In this document: positions 26,236 through 38,125 of the stretch, piece by piece | How the letters are laid out: each line of letters begins with the position of its first letter | How positions within the stretch are numbered: position 1 is the stretch's first letter | From: Psilocybe cubensis | Taxonomy: Eukaryota | Direction: 5' to 3' | NCBI GenBank assembly: GCA_017499595.2 | Contig: CM039001.1 | Location: 1,550,001-1,614,000 of the forward strand | Length of the DNA stretch: 64,000 nt | Notes under the pieces: generated by a model | What the model was told of the DNA's origin: nothing | What the model saw: the letters and a program-made list of their open reading frames with translations, nothing else | The model's database searches: none | Position numbers and translations under genes: made by a program

Positions 26236-26746
26236 TCTTCGAGTGGCACGGTCCCTGGACAGGTGCGAGTAGTGGTAAATAAGAGGAACCGTAACACGTA
26301 TAACGCGAAGAAAGAAAAAACAGAGAGATATGCTGTTGTAGGTAGTGGGAACTGTTGAGTCTCGGCGCTTCGAGGCAAATAAGACGTTGTTCGCTGTAGC
26401 AAGTCCGTCAAGATATTTTTTGATCAACAAACCTTTGTTTGTTGCTTCACCACGGTCCCAAACAAAACAGGTTTCATCACTCTTGAAGTTCGCTTCCGTA
26501 TTAAAACCGTATTATTGGTGGCTATAACTATATTATTAAGTATATAATGTAGGCATAATCGCAACTGTAAACGAGTGAACAAAAGTAATGTTGTATCAAT
26601 ACAAATGAGTGAGTTGGTGGTATACATCGAGAGTGCACTAAATGCCAATATAAACGGAGACGTCAAAAAAAGGGGGGAAAGAGCGCAAAGATGAAGAAAA
26701 GAACGAATTATAATAAATCCACGAAAAGGGAAGAAGATAATAATAA

Positions 26747-28033
26747 TCAAACAAAGGTCCATGACGTCTCAGACGATGGAATGTTGTAATAGGGACTCAT
26801 GTCAGTAAGCTTGCCATCATGAGTAACATTGCCGTATGGCTTATGAGCAGGCTCAAAGACACTGCTAGAGGCTGGGAATGAGAAATGGTCGAATGTTAAA
26901 GATCCGTGCGTAATGTTGACAGTTTGGAGATCCCTTCCGGAGGATGTCTCGGGGGTAAGCGCTGAAGTGAAAATGTGCCGAGAAGGGGAAGACGGTGGTG
27001 TGCGGTGAATGTTGACATTAGAAGCACTTCGCCGCATAGTAGAGTCCACGATGTAAAGGTCTTCCAACCTGCGCCCTGTGTCGACGTTGTATTCGAACGC
27101 GCTATTCGGAGAGGTAAGGTGAGAATAGGTCGAGGTGACGGAAGGGTGTAAACTGGACGGATAGGGTCCATGGTATGCCTCAAATTGTCTACTGTATGGA
27201 CTGCCGTACAGCCCAACATCATCCAGGTTGGTAGTAGTATTTGTGCCTAAAATCACCTTGTCAGAGAAGTAAAAAAAAGTCAGATGTACGTGAATGACTT
27301 ACGAAGAGAGTGGTAGAGGTCTCTTTCAGCCTCGTTAAACTTTGGCCTTTCTGGAACCTTGACATTGGCTTTGGTATCAACATGTGGGACAATTGTTTGG
27401 TCGCGGGAAGATCTTCCGCTTCGAGGAACTGGGACAGCAACCGGCAGCAGCGGTGGTGCATAACTGTCGATATCGAGAGTCGCCGGATCGATTCCATGCC
27501 TTTTGATGTGCGAAGTAAAAGCAGAGCGACGCTTTATTCTGGAATTGCACCGTGGAACGGGGCAAAAATAACCGCTGACTCGACGATGGGTTTCTTTGCG
27601 ATGGCGAGCACAGGATGATGGGTCTCCAAAGGAGGCATTACACGAATCTAGTTGGCAGACATACGGTTTGGCCTTAGTACTGCAAAAGAACGGTCAGATA
27701 TCTGGCATAGGCGTGAAGTATCGAAGAGTTTACTGACTGGACATTCTGGTGCGTTTTGAGACCAGAGTACTGAGAAAAAGCCTTCCCACACCCTGGTGTT
27801 GTACAAACGTGAGGCCTGAAGGTAAGTTAGAACACGAATGTTAATGGTAGTCTGCAAGCGATTCACTTTACTCCTAGATGTAAAAGTTCGTGTCGAGTAA
27901 GGTCTCCTTTCCTACCAAAAGACTTGGGGCATTCAGAGCATATCCACTAATTCTAAGGTTAATAGAGGCTGCAAACGTGAGACCATAGCCAACTTACCTG
28001 GCGGTTGTCGGTCTTCTTCTCAACTTTTGGCAT
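26747..28033 (-). CDS. C2H2 zinc-finger transcription factor with 4 N-terminal fingers (5 exons)
   Basis: Manual splicing gives MPKVEKKTDNRQ|WICSECPKSFGRKGDLTRHELLHLGVK|PHVCTTPGCGKAFSQYSGLKTHQNVH|TKAKPYVCQLDSCNASFGDPSSCARHRKETHRRVSGYFCPVPRCNSRIKRRSAFTSHIKRH..., followed by an S/T/P-rich last exon (26747-27256). Confidence 0.9.
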
Positions 28034-28219
28034 GGTGAGGTCGTGTTATTTGGAGAAGTGTTATTATAATAGATAAAAGACGCTGTCCGGCAACGCTACG
28101 GAAAATAAGTTGAAAAGTGGGACGTTGGGAAAGGAATTGGGTGAGTAAAGGAGACAGGTTCAGAATTCTTACTACATATTTATTGCTCTTTGAGTTTGCC
28201 CAGATTTCCCGGAACCGAA

Positions 28220-28461
28220 ACAAAGTCATTCAGTCCACAAAGGTGTGTTTGATGATCGTGTTATTGTCTTCGTTGAAGGAGTATGCAGTTATTTCGCAAA
28301 TTAGAATTTCTGTAAAACGCATAGAATTTAGGGGCACGGTATGGATCGACAAAGGAGCTTGTCAAAACCCTAATTCGGGCACGCGACAAAGAAGATTAGA
28401 TCGTTGGATAAACAAAAGGCGATACGTCTCACCTGATACGGAGAAAAATTCCCTGACAAAG
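28220..28461. promoter_or_regulatory. Cluster of ACAAAG (HMG-box-like) motifs upstream of the C2H2 gene
   Basis: ACAAAG at 28220, 28237, 28349, 28386 and 28456, plus ACAAAAG at 28412, all in the same orientation. Confidence 0.45.
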
Positions 28462-28618
28462 ACGAAGCCTAAATGTGCCTAAACGTGCTTATTCCGATCT
28501 TGTTTCGTAGTTTTTGGAAATGGTCGGTCTATAAAAATAAATTTGCCGAATGCTTCAAAGAGTGCTACACCTGGCTAAGCTGATAAAATGGGGCAAAGGG
28601 CGATGAGGAGGGATATGA

Positions 28619-28638
28619 GGGGGGGGGGGGGGGGGGGG
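28619..28638 (+). repeat. Poly-G homopolymer (20 G)
   Basis: Directly visible run between the F-box gene 3' end and the C2H2 gene promoter. Confidence 0.95.
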
Positions 28639-28735
28639 AATTTTAGACAAATCATGTACTATGGAAGAGAATAGTCTGTGCGAAGATAAAAGATGATGTC
28701 GAAGACTTTCAATACCATTATAAGAACATTTGGGC

Positions 28736-30189
28736 TCAATTGCCTAATCCAGCGCCATTTATTCTCTTGGTTATTATTTCATCCATCCAAGGAGCAATGG
28801 CCCAGAGATCGTCCCAGGCAAAGGATGCATACTGATGCCTCGGATTGTCAGAGTCTCGAGACGGGCAGATAAGTTGGGCGGTGATCCTACAGCAAAAAAA
28901 TAAATTATGAGATTTAAGTAAACGTGGATGAGAGACCATGGCTTGCATCAAAGCGCCCACCCAATGTAATCCGCTTTCTTCTATTTCATCCAAATCATTC
29001 CATCTGGAATCTCCTCCCCCTGAAGTAAATAGCGGATAGTTGGCATGTGTGGTAGCTGGTTGGGGGTATATGAGTCGTTTGTACGTCACGACAGGGTTAT
29101 GATAATCTTTGAATACTAGAAATTATTTAGTTCGACAATTTTGCGTGCATCTCAACACACCCACAGTATGCAGGAACCGTGGACGGTGACATTGGGTAAA
29201 CCCCGTGATCGTCCACAAAGCCTAGTCGGTTTCTTGACGCAAGCTTAGTCAAAACATTGCCTGGTCTGTTTGCAGTGATTCCTGGGGGAGTGAGGAACAT
29301 ATGCGCGTTTGGGTTCACCATAAGGTCGCTACGTGGTTTGGCTAGAGTTCCAAAAGCCAATATTCTAACATCCGATAGCTCAACAACAAGCTAGGATTGT
29401 GTGATTATTATCAGCACTTGTGGTTAATTGACGAAACTCTGTAACTCGCCCGAATGCGCGTCTCAAGGTGTGAAAGGTTGTTCTGTTGCCTATAATATTC
29501 TACGTCAGAAAGAAAGATAAAAGTAGGTGTTATATAAGAGAAGTTTACTTCATTTCATTGAAGACGGAAAACGGATTATAATTGCGAGAGGAAACCTCGA
29601 GTTCATTGGCAGAACCATTTCGATTTAACACAACATACCTAGAAGGTCAGATAAGCGCTAAAGAGGGCATGAAAAAGCTAACTTGGTCCATGCTTCGTCG
29701 CTTGTACAAGAACTGACACTGCGATGCCAAACTCTGTGCAATAACCTAGGATTTCCATGAGCACAGCAAGACCGAGACACCTTCGAAAGACATATAATCG
29801 TACTTGAGAAAAGCTTCTTTCCAGGAGCTTTCCTTTTTCCATTTCTGCCAACTAGGGAGAAAGCGACGTTTGAAACACTCTTCCCATTCCTCTGATTTCA
29901 GGTTAGGAAGCGTTGCGTCGTAGAGAACGAAAGACGGCCGCGCTAAAGTAATGATCTCAATCCAATTTCGTCGAGGAACAATCAATCGAACGCTTAGGTG
30001 CTTCAAAGCCGGTTCATACATGTGCATGTTCAGAATACGCATGATTGGCCTCCTCCACGGGTTTAAAGAAGGATCAGAGGCCACTGAGTAAAACCGTTTG
30101 GATACATAGGCCATCTGAATCAGTGACTCCAAGTCCAGCTCCCCCAGGATCTCTGCGATCAGGTCTACAGGAAGTCTCTCGAAGAACAT
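28736..30189 (-). CDS. F-box protein, multi-exon
   Basis: N-terminal F-box FERLPVDLIAEILGELDLESLIQMAYVSKRFYSVASDPSLNPW; downstream exons on the same strand end NGAGLGN*. Confidence 0.85.
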
Positions 30190-31462
30190 TGCGAGTATAT
30201 GCCGTTAAGATTGAGATGAGTGAGGATTCGTGACGATGGTACCCCGATGACCGATGATATGGGAGGATGTCGGCACCGGTGCCAGACAAAGGCAAAAAGC
30301 AAGGCGGTGCCGTTAGATGTACGTCGCGTCACAGCTACTAGCCGCCGGATGGTGCGTGTCCAGTCAACAAAAGGTGAGACTTTGCCACGATTTTCCTCGC
30401 ACACAGCGTTGTCAATCCCTTCACCAGGAACGCCAACGCCTCTATCGCGGTTCCGAGAATGCTCCCATGCCACGACAATGTCTCCATATCACATTTGTTC
30501 ATTCCGAACTTATTTTATTTTATTTCTTTTAACAAGTCACGCTTCCGCGTTTGACTTCCCATTATGTCCGTTGGCCAGCTTTCAAGTATGGAATACATAA
30601 TACGTCGAAACAGTGGAGATGGAATCTTCAAGGTATTCCAATTTACATCCGTTATCCCACCATGGTGCACATTACCCTTCGACCACGTCCGACAGCGGAT
30701 TCATCGTGTACACGTTCGGCGGAGCAAACTAGCTTCCATCGGTTACTCGTTCGTCAACCGCTCACGCCTTTTTGGACAACTTACACAACGAACTTGGTGT
30801 ATGGACATGTTTCTCCTCTTGTCCACTACTAAGTATAATGGACTAACAGTAAAAAGGGTAATAAGCAGGGCTTACGGTTGTAACCTCTAAGGGTTTGAGA
30901 AAGTTGGCTTTGAATCGTTGAATCGCTCGAGGCTCGTTCTAAAGTCGCCATCGGAATGCAGTCATTTCCTCGGAAATTTCTTGACCGCCATCCATGGAAT
31001 TACTACGGTGATCATCGAAAATGCAGAGTTAAGAAGCTTTTTTGCAGTGATGGAGACGTACATGCCATGTAAGAGCCAGCCCCATCAATCGAAGAAGCTT
31101 AAACTTGATTGCCACTTATTCCTTGGACCGTCGTTTCAATACCAGGAATGACCCTTTGGTTGCGTAGAGAACCTCAATCGTAACGATGGGATGGTGCTCT
31201 TGCGGCTTGCCTCGCTCAAAGGTAGTCAGTGGAAGCTTTCCATTCAGTGGGCATAGGTAACTTTGGGCGTCTCTTCCTCGATCTCTTTAGAAGATTAATA
31301 AATCTATTATGCTGTGTCATACAAAAGAAGCTTTTTGCAGGGATTCTCGTTGAGAATTCCCTCAGTGCAAGTTTCTGCTAGAGCATTCTTATTCTTCCTT
31401 ATATACCGACAGCCTACATCTCTTCCGCCCTTTTTCCTGCTCCTCTTGCTCGCCAATACCCT

Positions 31463-33993
31463 ATGTCCTTTTCTGGTTCTCATCCTGGCTATGCTTCTGC
31501 TGATTCATCACTTACCCTTCCTCGTGCTTCCAGCTTTGGTGTTTTGCGAAGGGATAGCTGGGTAGCGTCTCCGTGCTCCCAACAAAGTACTATCGATTAA
31601 TTTTTCTCTGAATTACATAGCAAAGTCTTTCCGAGTCGCCCTATTCACTTGCCGCAGGCTCTCGCCTGAGTACTCTTTCTGATAAGGTACCCTTCAAATG
31701 CCTTTAACAAACACAGTATTGCTTTAGAAATAACCCATTGCCAAGTTCTCTCTCTCTCCAGACCCTCGCCTCTGGGGTTCCGACCTTTCCCCAGACCTCG
31801 TCGAAGTCGACGATGACCTTCATAACCCTGGAAAAGCAACTGAAATTTCTGATGACAAAATGCTATCCATTACAATCAGAGGTCTAACAAATGTTGGTTG
31901 CTTGATCATCCTACTCGTTGCACTCATCCTTTTATTGTACGTCCCGACTTTGTTTCAAGATTATATGTGTCTATAAAATAACTTCCAGTATTGGTTATCC
32001 AATCTTAACCTATGATGGGCAATGGACTCTGGGACTTGTGCCTTCTCTCGGAGGAATCAACTCTACAGGACAGGCGAGTATCTTGCAAACTTTGCAACTC
32101 TTTCCTTCCTGTTTAATAAGATTGTTAGGTTCCTTCAATGGGAAACTTTGGGTTAATTGATCTCGAAACACCGAAGGAAGCCCTCATAAAAAAGTCGATG
32201 AAGGATGGCTCGGATATGATCCTTGTTTTCTCTGACGAATTCAATGAAGAGGGCAGGACGTTTTATCCGGGAGATGACCCTTACTGGGAAGCTGAAGACT
32301 TACATTATTGGGTGAGAAAAATTGCCGCCTTTTTTTACGCGAAGGTTCTCATAATAATACAGGCCACCAATAATCTAGAGTGGTACGACCCCGAGGCAAT
32401 TACTACTTCAGGAGGAGCGCTTGTTATAACCTTCTCAGAGAAGGAAACTCATGATCTAGGCTATCAAGGAGGCAAGTTGTCAATTTGGTGTTTATTCAGA
32501 AACTAATGTATTTTGCAGGATTGATGTCTTCTTGGTTTGTTTCGCAAGATTCCGTTCAATTAGTATTTATTGCGTCTCAACTAAAATATACAGGAATAAA
32601 TTTTGCTTTACCGGCGGATACATTGAAACTGCAGTTCAATTACCAGGAAGAAACAATGTAGTAGGCATGTGGCCTGCAGTTTGGACAATGGGTAACCTTG
32701 GGCGAGCTGGATATGGCGCAAGCCTCGAAGGAATGGTATACAATATCAAAATAATTTCAAGACCGGCCAATTTGGATTAATTCGTTTTACAGTGGCCTTA
32801 TACGTACGATTCTTGCGACGTCGGTACTGCCCCTAATCAAACTTTCAATGGAGGGCCTCTACCAGCGTTGGTGGATGGAGATCATGCTTATGGCGGTGCT
32901 CTGTCTTACCTTCCTGGACAAAGACTTTCGAGGTGTACATGTGATGGCGAGAGTCATCCTGGGCCAAAACACGAAGATGGTACATACGTCGGAAGATCAG
33001 CACCTGAAATCGATGTTCTTGAAGCACAGGTTGGTGGTACACCACCTACTGGCGAAGTCTCTCAGTCTGCTCAGTGGGCGGTTAGTTTCTCCACGATTCT
33101 GTTGCATTTGTACTCAAAATAGTTCCGTAGCCATTCAATAAAGCATATCATTGGGACAATTCATCGGAAAATGAAATCCTTGGTGATCCCACTATCTCTA
33201 GAATAAATGGGTTTGTTGGAAGCGTTACGCAGCAAGCCACTTCTATAGTTACCAAAACAAATCAGCTTTGCTACGAATCGATCCAAGACTGCTACTCTGT
33301 TTATGGCTTCGAGGCCAGTTTCCTCCGTACTTGACTAGTAATCTTCTTACTGACATCTCTCACAGTATAAACCAGGTAACTATTATCTGTTGAAAGCTCT
33401 TGTTTGCGTTTTGAATGAGTTCCCGCTCTTCAGGATATGACGATGCGGTAATTCACAGTTTATCCAAGCTTATCATTATTGTTATGCTTATATGTTTATC
33501 ACTATGCATAGTACATCTCCTGGGTGTCTAATGGCACTATGTCGTGGACGTTAAATGCCCCTGGACTCGGACCAGATCCATCTGTTGAGATATCTGCTCG
33601 TCCCGTTCCGCAAGAACCAATGGTAAAATTCCAACCAATCGAAACTGCTACCTGGAGTGCTTACGCGCCTTCCCTAGTACATTATCGTCAACCTGGGCAT
33701 GTCAAAAAATTTTGGATCCATTGACTTTGAACACCTCACATTCCCTACTTCTATGCGGATAGACTATATTCGCGTATATCAGGATATGCACCGCGTCAAC
33801 ATCGGCTGCGATCCTACAGATTTTCCGACAGCAGATTATATCAATACGTATGTAAACAGTGCAAAGGCCTGTCTTGTTTCTGATATCATCTTTTGATAGT
33901 TACATTGAAGCCTACACTAATCCCAACTTGACGACTTGGAGAGGAGATTATGGCAAACCGTTTCCTAAGAACTCCTTCATCGAATCTTGTTAG
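31463..33993 (+). CDS. KRE6: Beta-1,6-glucan synthesis-associated GH16 protein (KRE6/SKN1 family)
   Basis: Type II TM (RGLTNVGCLIILLVALILLF), LVFSDEFN..GRTFYPGDDPYWEA.DLHYW, WNKFCFTGGYIE, WPAVWTMGNLGRAGYGA, catalytic RSAPEIDVLE, PQEPM, MRIDYIRVYQ, YTNPNLTTW. Confidence 0.96.
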
Positions 33994-34243
33994 ACTTTTC
34001 CTGTAAATATCTTACTTTTCATGTAAATATTGAGAAATGATTGGTTTTAAAACTAATCCCTCGCCATTGATCCTTTTCTTTATTGCAATAGAGTATTTAA
34101 AGTCATTTATAAATGAAGATTTTGTTGATTGTGCAAATGCTTTGAAGAAAAAAAGTTATTCTGATGCGCTCATCGTAGTTTATCTTACAGCCGCAATGAT
34201 GGCGTGTCAGTGACCTGATTAAAAAAAAGCTGACAGAAGGTGA

Positions 34244-36980
34244 TCAATACAGTCGCGTAGATCTAATCCATTCTCTCTTAACACCATACACCACTATTTC
34301 TCCAGCGCAACCGGGCCCAGAATAAGCCAGAGGCTTGACAAGGTCGCAGTTTTTACGTTTAGTCTTCCCCTTTGGCGCAGAAACTGGATGGACACGTGTC
34401 GCTTCTGCCAACGTTGCGAACGATTTACCCAACCAATTCTCCAGGTCCACAAGGCATTCATAGCAATCTTTCTCGGAAAAAAAACCTTCGGTAGACGTAG
34501 GTATGTATGGATCTGAAGCCTTTTGTTTGCGAGGGGTAGTGGGAGGTTTGAGACCTTTTCCATGTATTAGTTTATTTAGAAGGTAGTGTAGCCACTAGAA
34601 AATGGTCAATAAGAGAAATGAGATAGAAGTTATGCAAATTTATACCAGCACATTCGTAACAGGGTGGTACTTGTTCCAAGATCCACCAGTTAGTTCTTTC
34701 ATCATCCGGTAAACATCAAACTGATAGTCACCTGGTAGGTGAACCGCTAGTCAGACTTTGCTTATCCGAAGATAATATTAAGCGCCTTACCCTCTCCCAG
34801 AAATACCTCGTCGTCAAATGGCGTCCAATGAACATGATCACCACCATCACCATCGCCAGCATCCATTCTAGAAAGACCAAGGTCTATTACAGTAGCTTGA
34901 ACACCATGGGCAATATCATCCATCCAAAGGCGATCTGCCTTTGCTTTAGGTTTCGCCTTTTGATTTATATTCAAGGATTTAAGAGCATTGTTCTGCGTGT
35001 GCACATTCTTCACCAGTATCTGACCCCAATGAAGGTCGCGATGCTTTTAAACCCATTAGAATATAACTATAGTGGTAGCATATCAACATACCTCAAAGGA
35101 TACTAAATGCTCGGCATGAGCAAGTGACTTCGCCACTTGCCAGAACAGACTGCAAGCCTGTCTCCAACCATTTCTGCTGGAACAATGGAAGGTATATGCT
35201 TCCAAGTCGGATCCTCCGTTCGGGAGAACGATAATTGCATAGACCTGCGACAATTTGAAGGAATCTGCCAAGCACAGAGTTAGATGGCTGGGGTGGCGAA
35301 AAATATTTCATAGTTACCTGGACGGACACTCTCTGAGCCCTTACGCTCATTGTATTCATCCCAAAGCTGAAGAAGGATTTCGGGGTACCGGCCTCGCACA
35401 ACATAGGACTTCAGCAATTTGACGAATCCTCCATGGACTTCCCCCATTGCCCTTGTAACAATGATTTCTTTGCGCACATCTTTGGCATCACTGGGCGCAG
35501 GGCCATCCTCCTCTGAATGTGTTACTTCGGGTTTCGATTCATCCCTCAGTGGTATCACTTTGAGTACAACGTCGCCAATTCCAAACACTTCGGAGTAGCT
35601 GGCCTCTCCGATTTTCTTGAATTTCATGTCAAAACCTCGACTTTCCCGAGCACATTGCAGTATTGGATCACATGGAAATGATTCGATAAAGCTAGAGAAA
35701 TTGTGTGGCCCATATGCTTCTTGTCCGCATTCTTCCAAAAGAGGCAGGAGGTATTCAGGTATTTCAACGTAGTTCTGGATTTGAGGAATAGAGCCGAGGT
35801 TGAGGTTAAGTTCACTCAAATCAATGGAAAGATCAATATCTGTTGTTGTAGTAGGTGATGGAGGTGATGGAGGTTCAAAAAGCCGTTTACGGGAGCCGCG
35901 AATAGGTGTAAGTTGTCGTGGTTTCATGTTGGGAGATGCAACAGCGGGGTATCTTTGTGGCTCCGCTTGCTCCACTATTTGGGGTATACCCGCTGCAATT
36001 TTCTCATTGTATGTGTAAGAATCGCTAGACGATGGCGGTCTTGAAAGTTTATATGGGGCAGGCGGAATGAGTACTTCCACGATACTCATTGAACTGGCAC
36101 GAGAAAGCTTGGACGAAGAAGCGATTGAAGTTTTCGATGAAATGGTTTCTTTGTTAAAGCCAACCTTCAGTACCCGCGAGGTGATATGTTCTTCAGAGTC
36201 GGATTCATCAGACGAGATTACTATTGGTTTGCGAGTAGTCCGGCGTTTTGGCGGTTTCACGAAACCACTGGGTTCATAATCACTATCGTCATTATCTTGA
36301 AGGGTGGTGGCGGAAAGTCCAGACTTCGAATATGGTTTAGAAGTACGAGGTTCCTTGAATGCTTTTATGTTTGCTCTGTCTTTATTGACTCGCTTTTCTG
36401 AACGGACAGTGCGCCCGTCGTCATCAAGAACGATGATATCCACGTCAACGAAGGGGGAGAATGATTTCGGTTTCAAATGTTTCTTCGCTAAATTAGAGAA
36501 GCGGCCCTGAGAGATTGCAGGGGAACCTGGGATGTTGAGGGGAACAGCCGAGAGAGGCGCTCGCGGTGGTGACCCAGAAGTTCCGGTTAATGTAACATCT
36601 GTATTCCCCGCATCTTCTGTATGTTTTCCTTTTAATCCGTTAGTTTCCACGGCATTTTTATTTCTCCCAGCTGGTATAATGATCTGAGCCTCACGCATAA
36701 TTGATTTCTTCTTGTGAGGAGAAATTACGGGAGATAGACGTTTCTTCCTCTGTAGTCCAACCACTTTGACTGAAATAGGTTTGGCCTTGGACGGTACAGA
36801 GTTCTCCCTCTTCTTCATCTTGTTCTTCAAAGACGTTTGCTCTGGGGCAGGAGGCAAGTCATCGAAGATGCTGATGATATGACTCTCAGGCGTTGTAAGA
36901 GTAGGGGCCGCTGTGGCATCGACCACTCTTCTCGCACGCTTGCCATAAGCATTGATTTCTTTTGTCCGTGAGCTTAACAT
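34244..36980 (-). CDS. Haspin-family protein kinase (Alk1/Hrk1-like)
   Basis: Long disordered N-terminus, then KIGEASYSEVF, VLKVIPL, HRDLHWGQILV, IDLGLSRM and GEGDYQFDVYRMM, which are haspin-specific motifs. Confidence 0.93.
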
Positions 36981-37107
36981 ATTTGGAGAGCAGGAGACGG
37001 CAAAGAAAACAGGGTAGCTGTGATAGTGAGGGTATCAAGGAAGAATAGCGATGTTGTCTTGGTTTAGAAATGAACAGTATCAATTCCAAATCAAGAAGCA
37101 ACTACAG

Positions 37108-37149
37108 ACGCGTAGATCACATGATCATGTGTCTTACAAATTAACGCGT
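37108..37149. promoter_or_regulatory. Two MCB elements (ACGCGT) in the 215-bp divergent haspin/PSF2 promoter
   Basis: ACGCGT at 37108-37113 and 37144-37149, flanking the perfect palindrome CACATGATCATGTG (37118-37131). Confidence 0.6.
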
Positions 37150-37195
37150 CCATCGTCCGAGTCTTGGCCCAGACTTGGGTTGTTACTTACCCGTC

Positions 37196-37971
37196 ATGTC
37201 TTTGCCCCAATCTTTGCGAGCGTCCGTCACCCCCCCAGAGCTTGAGTTGGTTGCGTCTCAACAACTTATAGAAATTGTTCCTCTGATATCTATGGAGAAA
37301 ACTGCTTTTATCTCGGTACACTTCAGAACGCCCAGATCGTACGACGCGTAGTTGGTTAATGCAGTCGTCTCCAGGGAGCATACGGGCCTCTTCGTCCACC
37401 AAATAAAGCAAAAATCCCTCTTTGGATGGCTGTTAATTTGAAGATGAAGAAAAAATGCCACATTGTTGCCCCTTCATGGCTAAACGTTGGTGCGCGATTC
37501 TCTCCTTCGCCCGAGTACATGTGTCTTAACAACTAGCGAAATAGATTATTTGCAAGAGCATTTGACACACGAATTATCGCAACAAACATTTAGTAGCCTT
37601 CCGTTTCGCTATACCGAAATTGCCAAAGTTATACTTGACGTGTAGGTGTCCTTCCGTAATACAACCGGGTTAATTTGCTTGAACTTTTGGCTATGTAGTG
37701 CTTCAGACGATCTGGATAATCCAGATAAAATACGTTCACTATTAAAGGATCTACGAGAAGCGCGACAAGCAAAAAGCAGAGAAGGTCTAAGAACCCTTGA
37801 TCACAGTGAGCTTAGTGTCAGTCCTTGTTAATCCTTGCCAATTACCCTCACTGAATATCACGATAGTTGCCGAATTTGTGTGCCATGGAAATCAATGAAA
37901 TCCGACCATACTTCGTTCAATCGATGAGTATTTTAACTCAACTAGTCCGCGATCCATTGCGGAATGCATAG
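37196..37971 (+). CDS. PSF2: GINS complex subunit Psf2
   Basis: Spliced: TPPELELVASQQLIEIVP...GPLRPPNKAKIPLWMAVNLKMKKKCHIVAPSWL...FSSLPFRYTEIAK...IRSLLKDLREARQAKSREGL...NLCAMEINEIRPYF. Confidence 0.93.
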
Positions 37972-38125
37972 ATCGCTCTGCTTTCATTCACGTGTATATT
38001 GTGTGTAAAAAGTGTAACCATAAAAACTCGGTCCATTCAAGATATGCAAATCGTTGAATGTTCCGTCTTTGGAAAGTCCATGAGTTATATATACAATCTG
38101 CGTAATTGTCGACGCAACTACAAGG

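Noticed and set aside
27261..27618. ORF-track proteins at 27261-27497, 27310-27618 and 27377-27565
   Set aside because: These are alternative-frame or antisense shadows of the zinc-finger exon.
27991..28001. AACTTACCTGG resembling the 5' end of U1 snRNA
   Set aside because: It is the reverse complement of the CAG|gtaagtt donor of intron 1 of the C2H2 gene. No U1 stem-loops or Sm site follow.
30478..30600. Short ORF with a signal-peptide-like start (MSPYHICSFRTYFILFLLTSHASA)
   Set aside because: Only 40 codons. The hydrophobicity comes from a T-rich promoter tract, and I found no credible intron to extend it.
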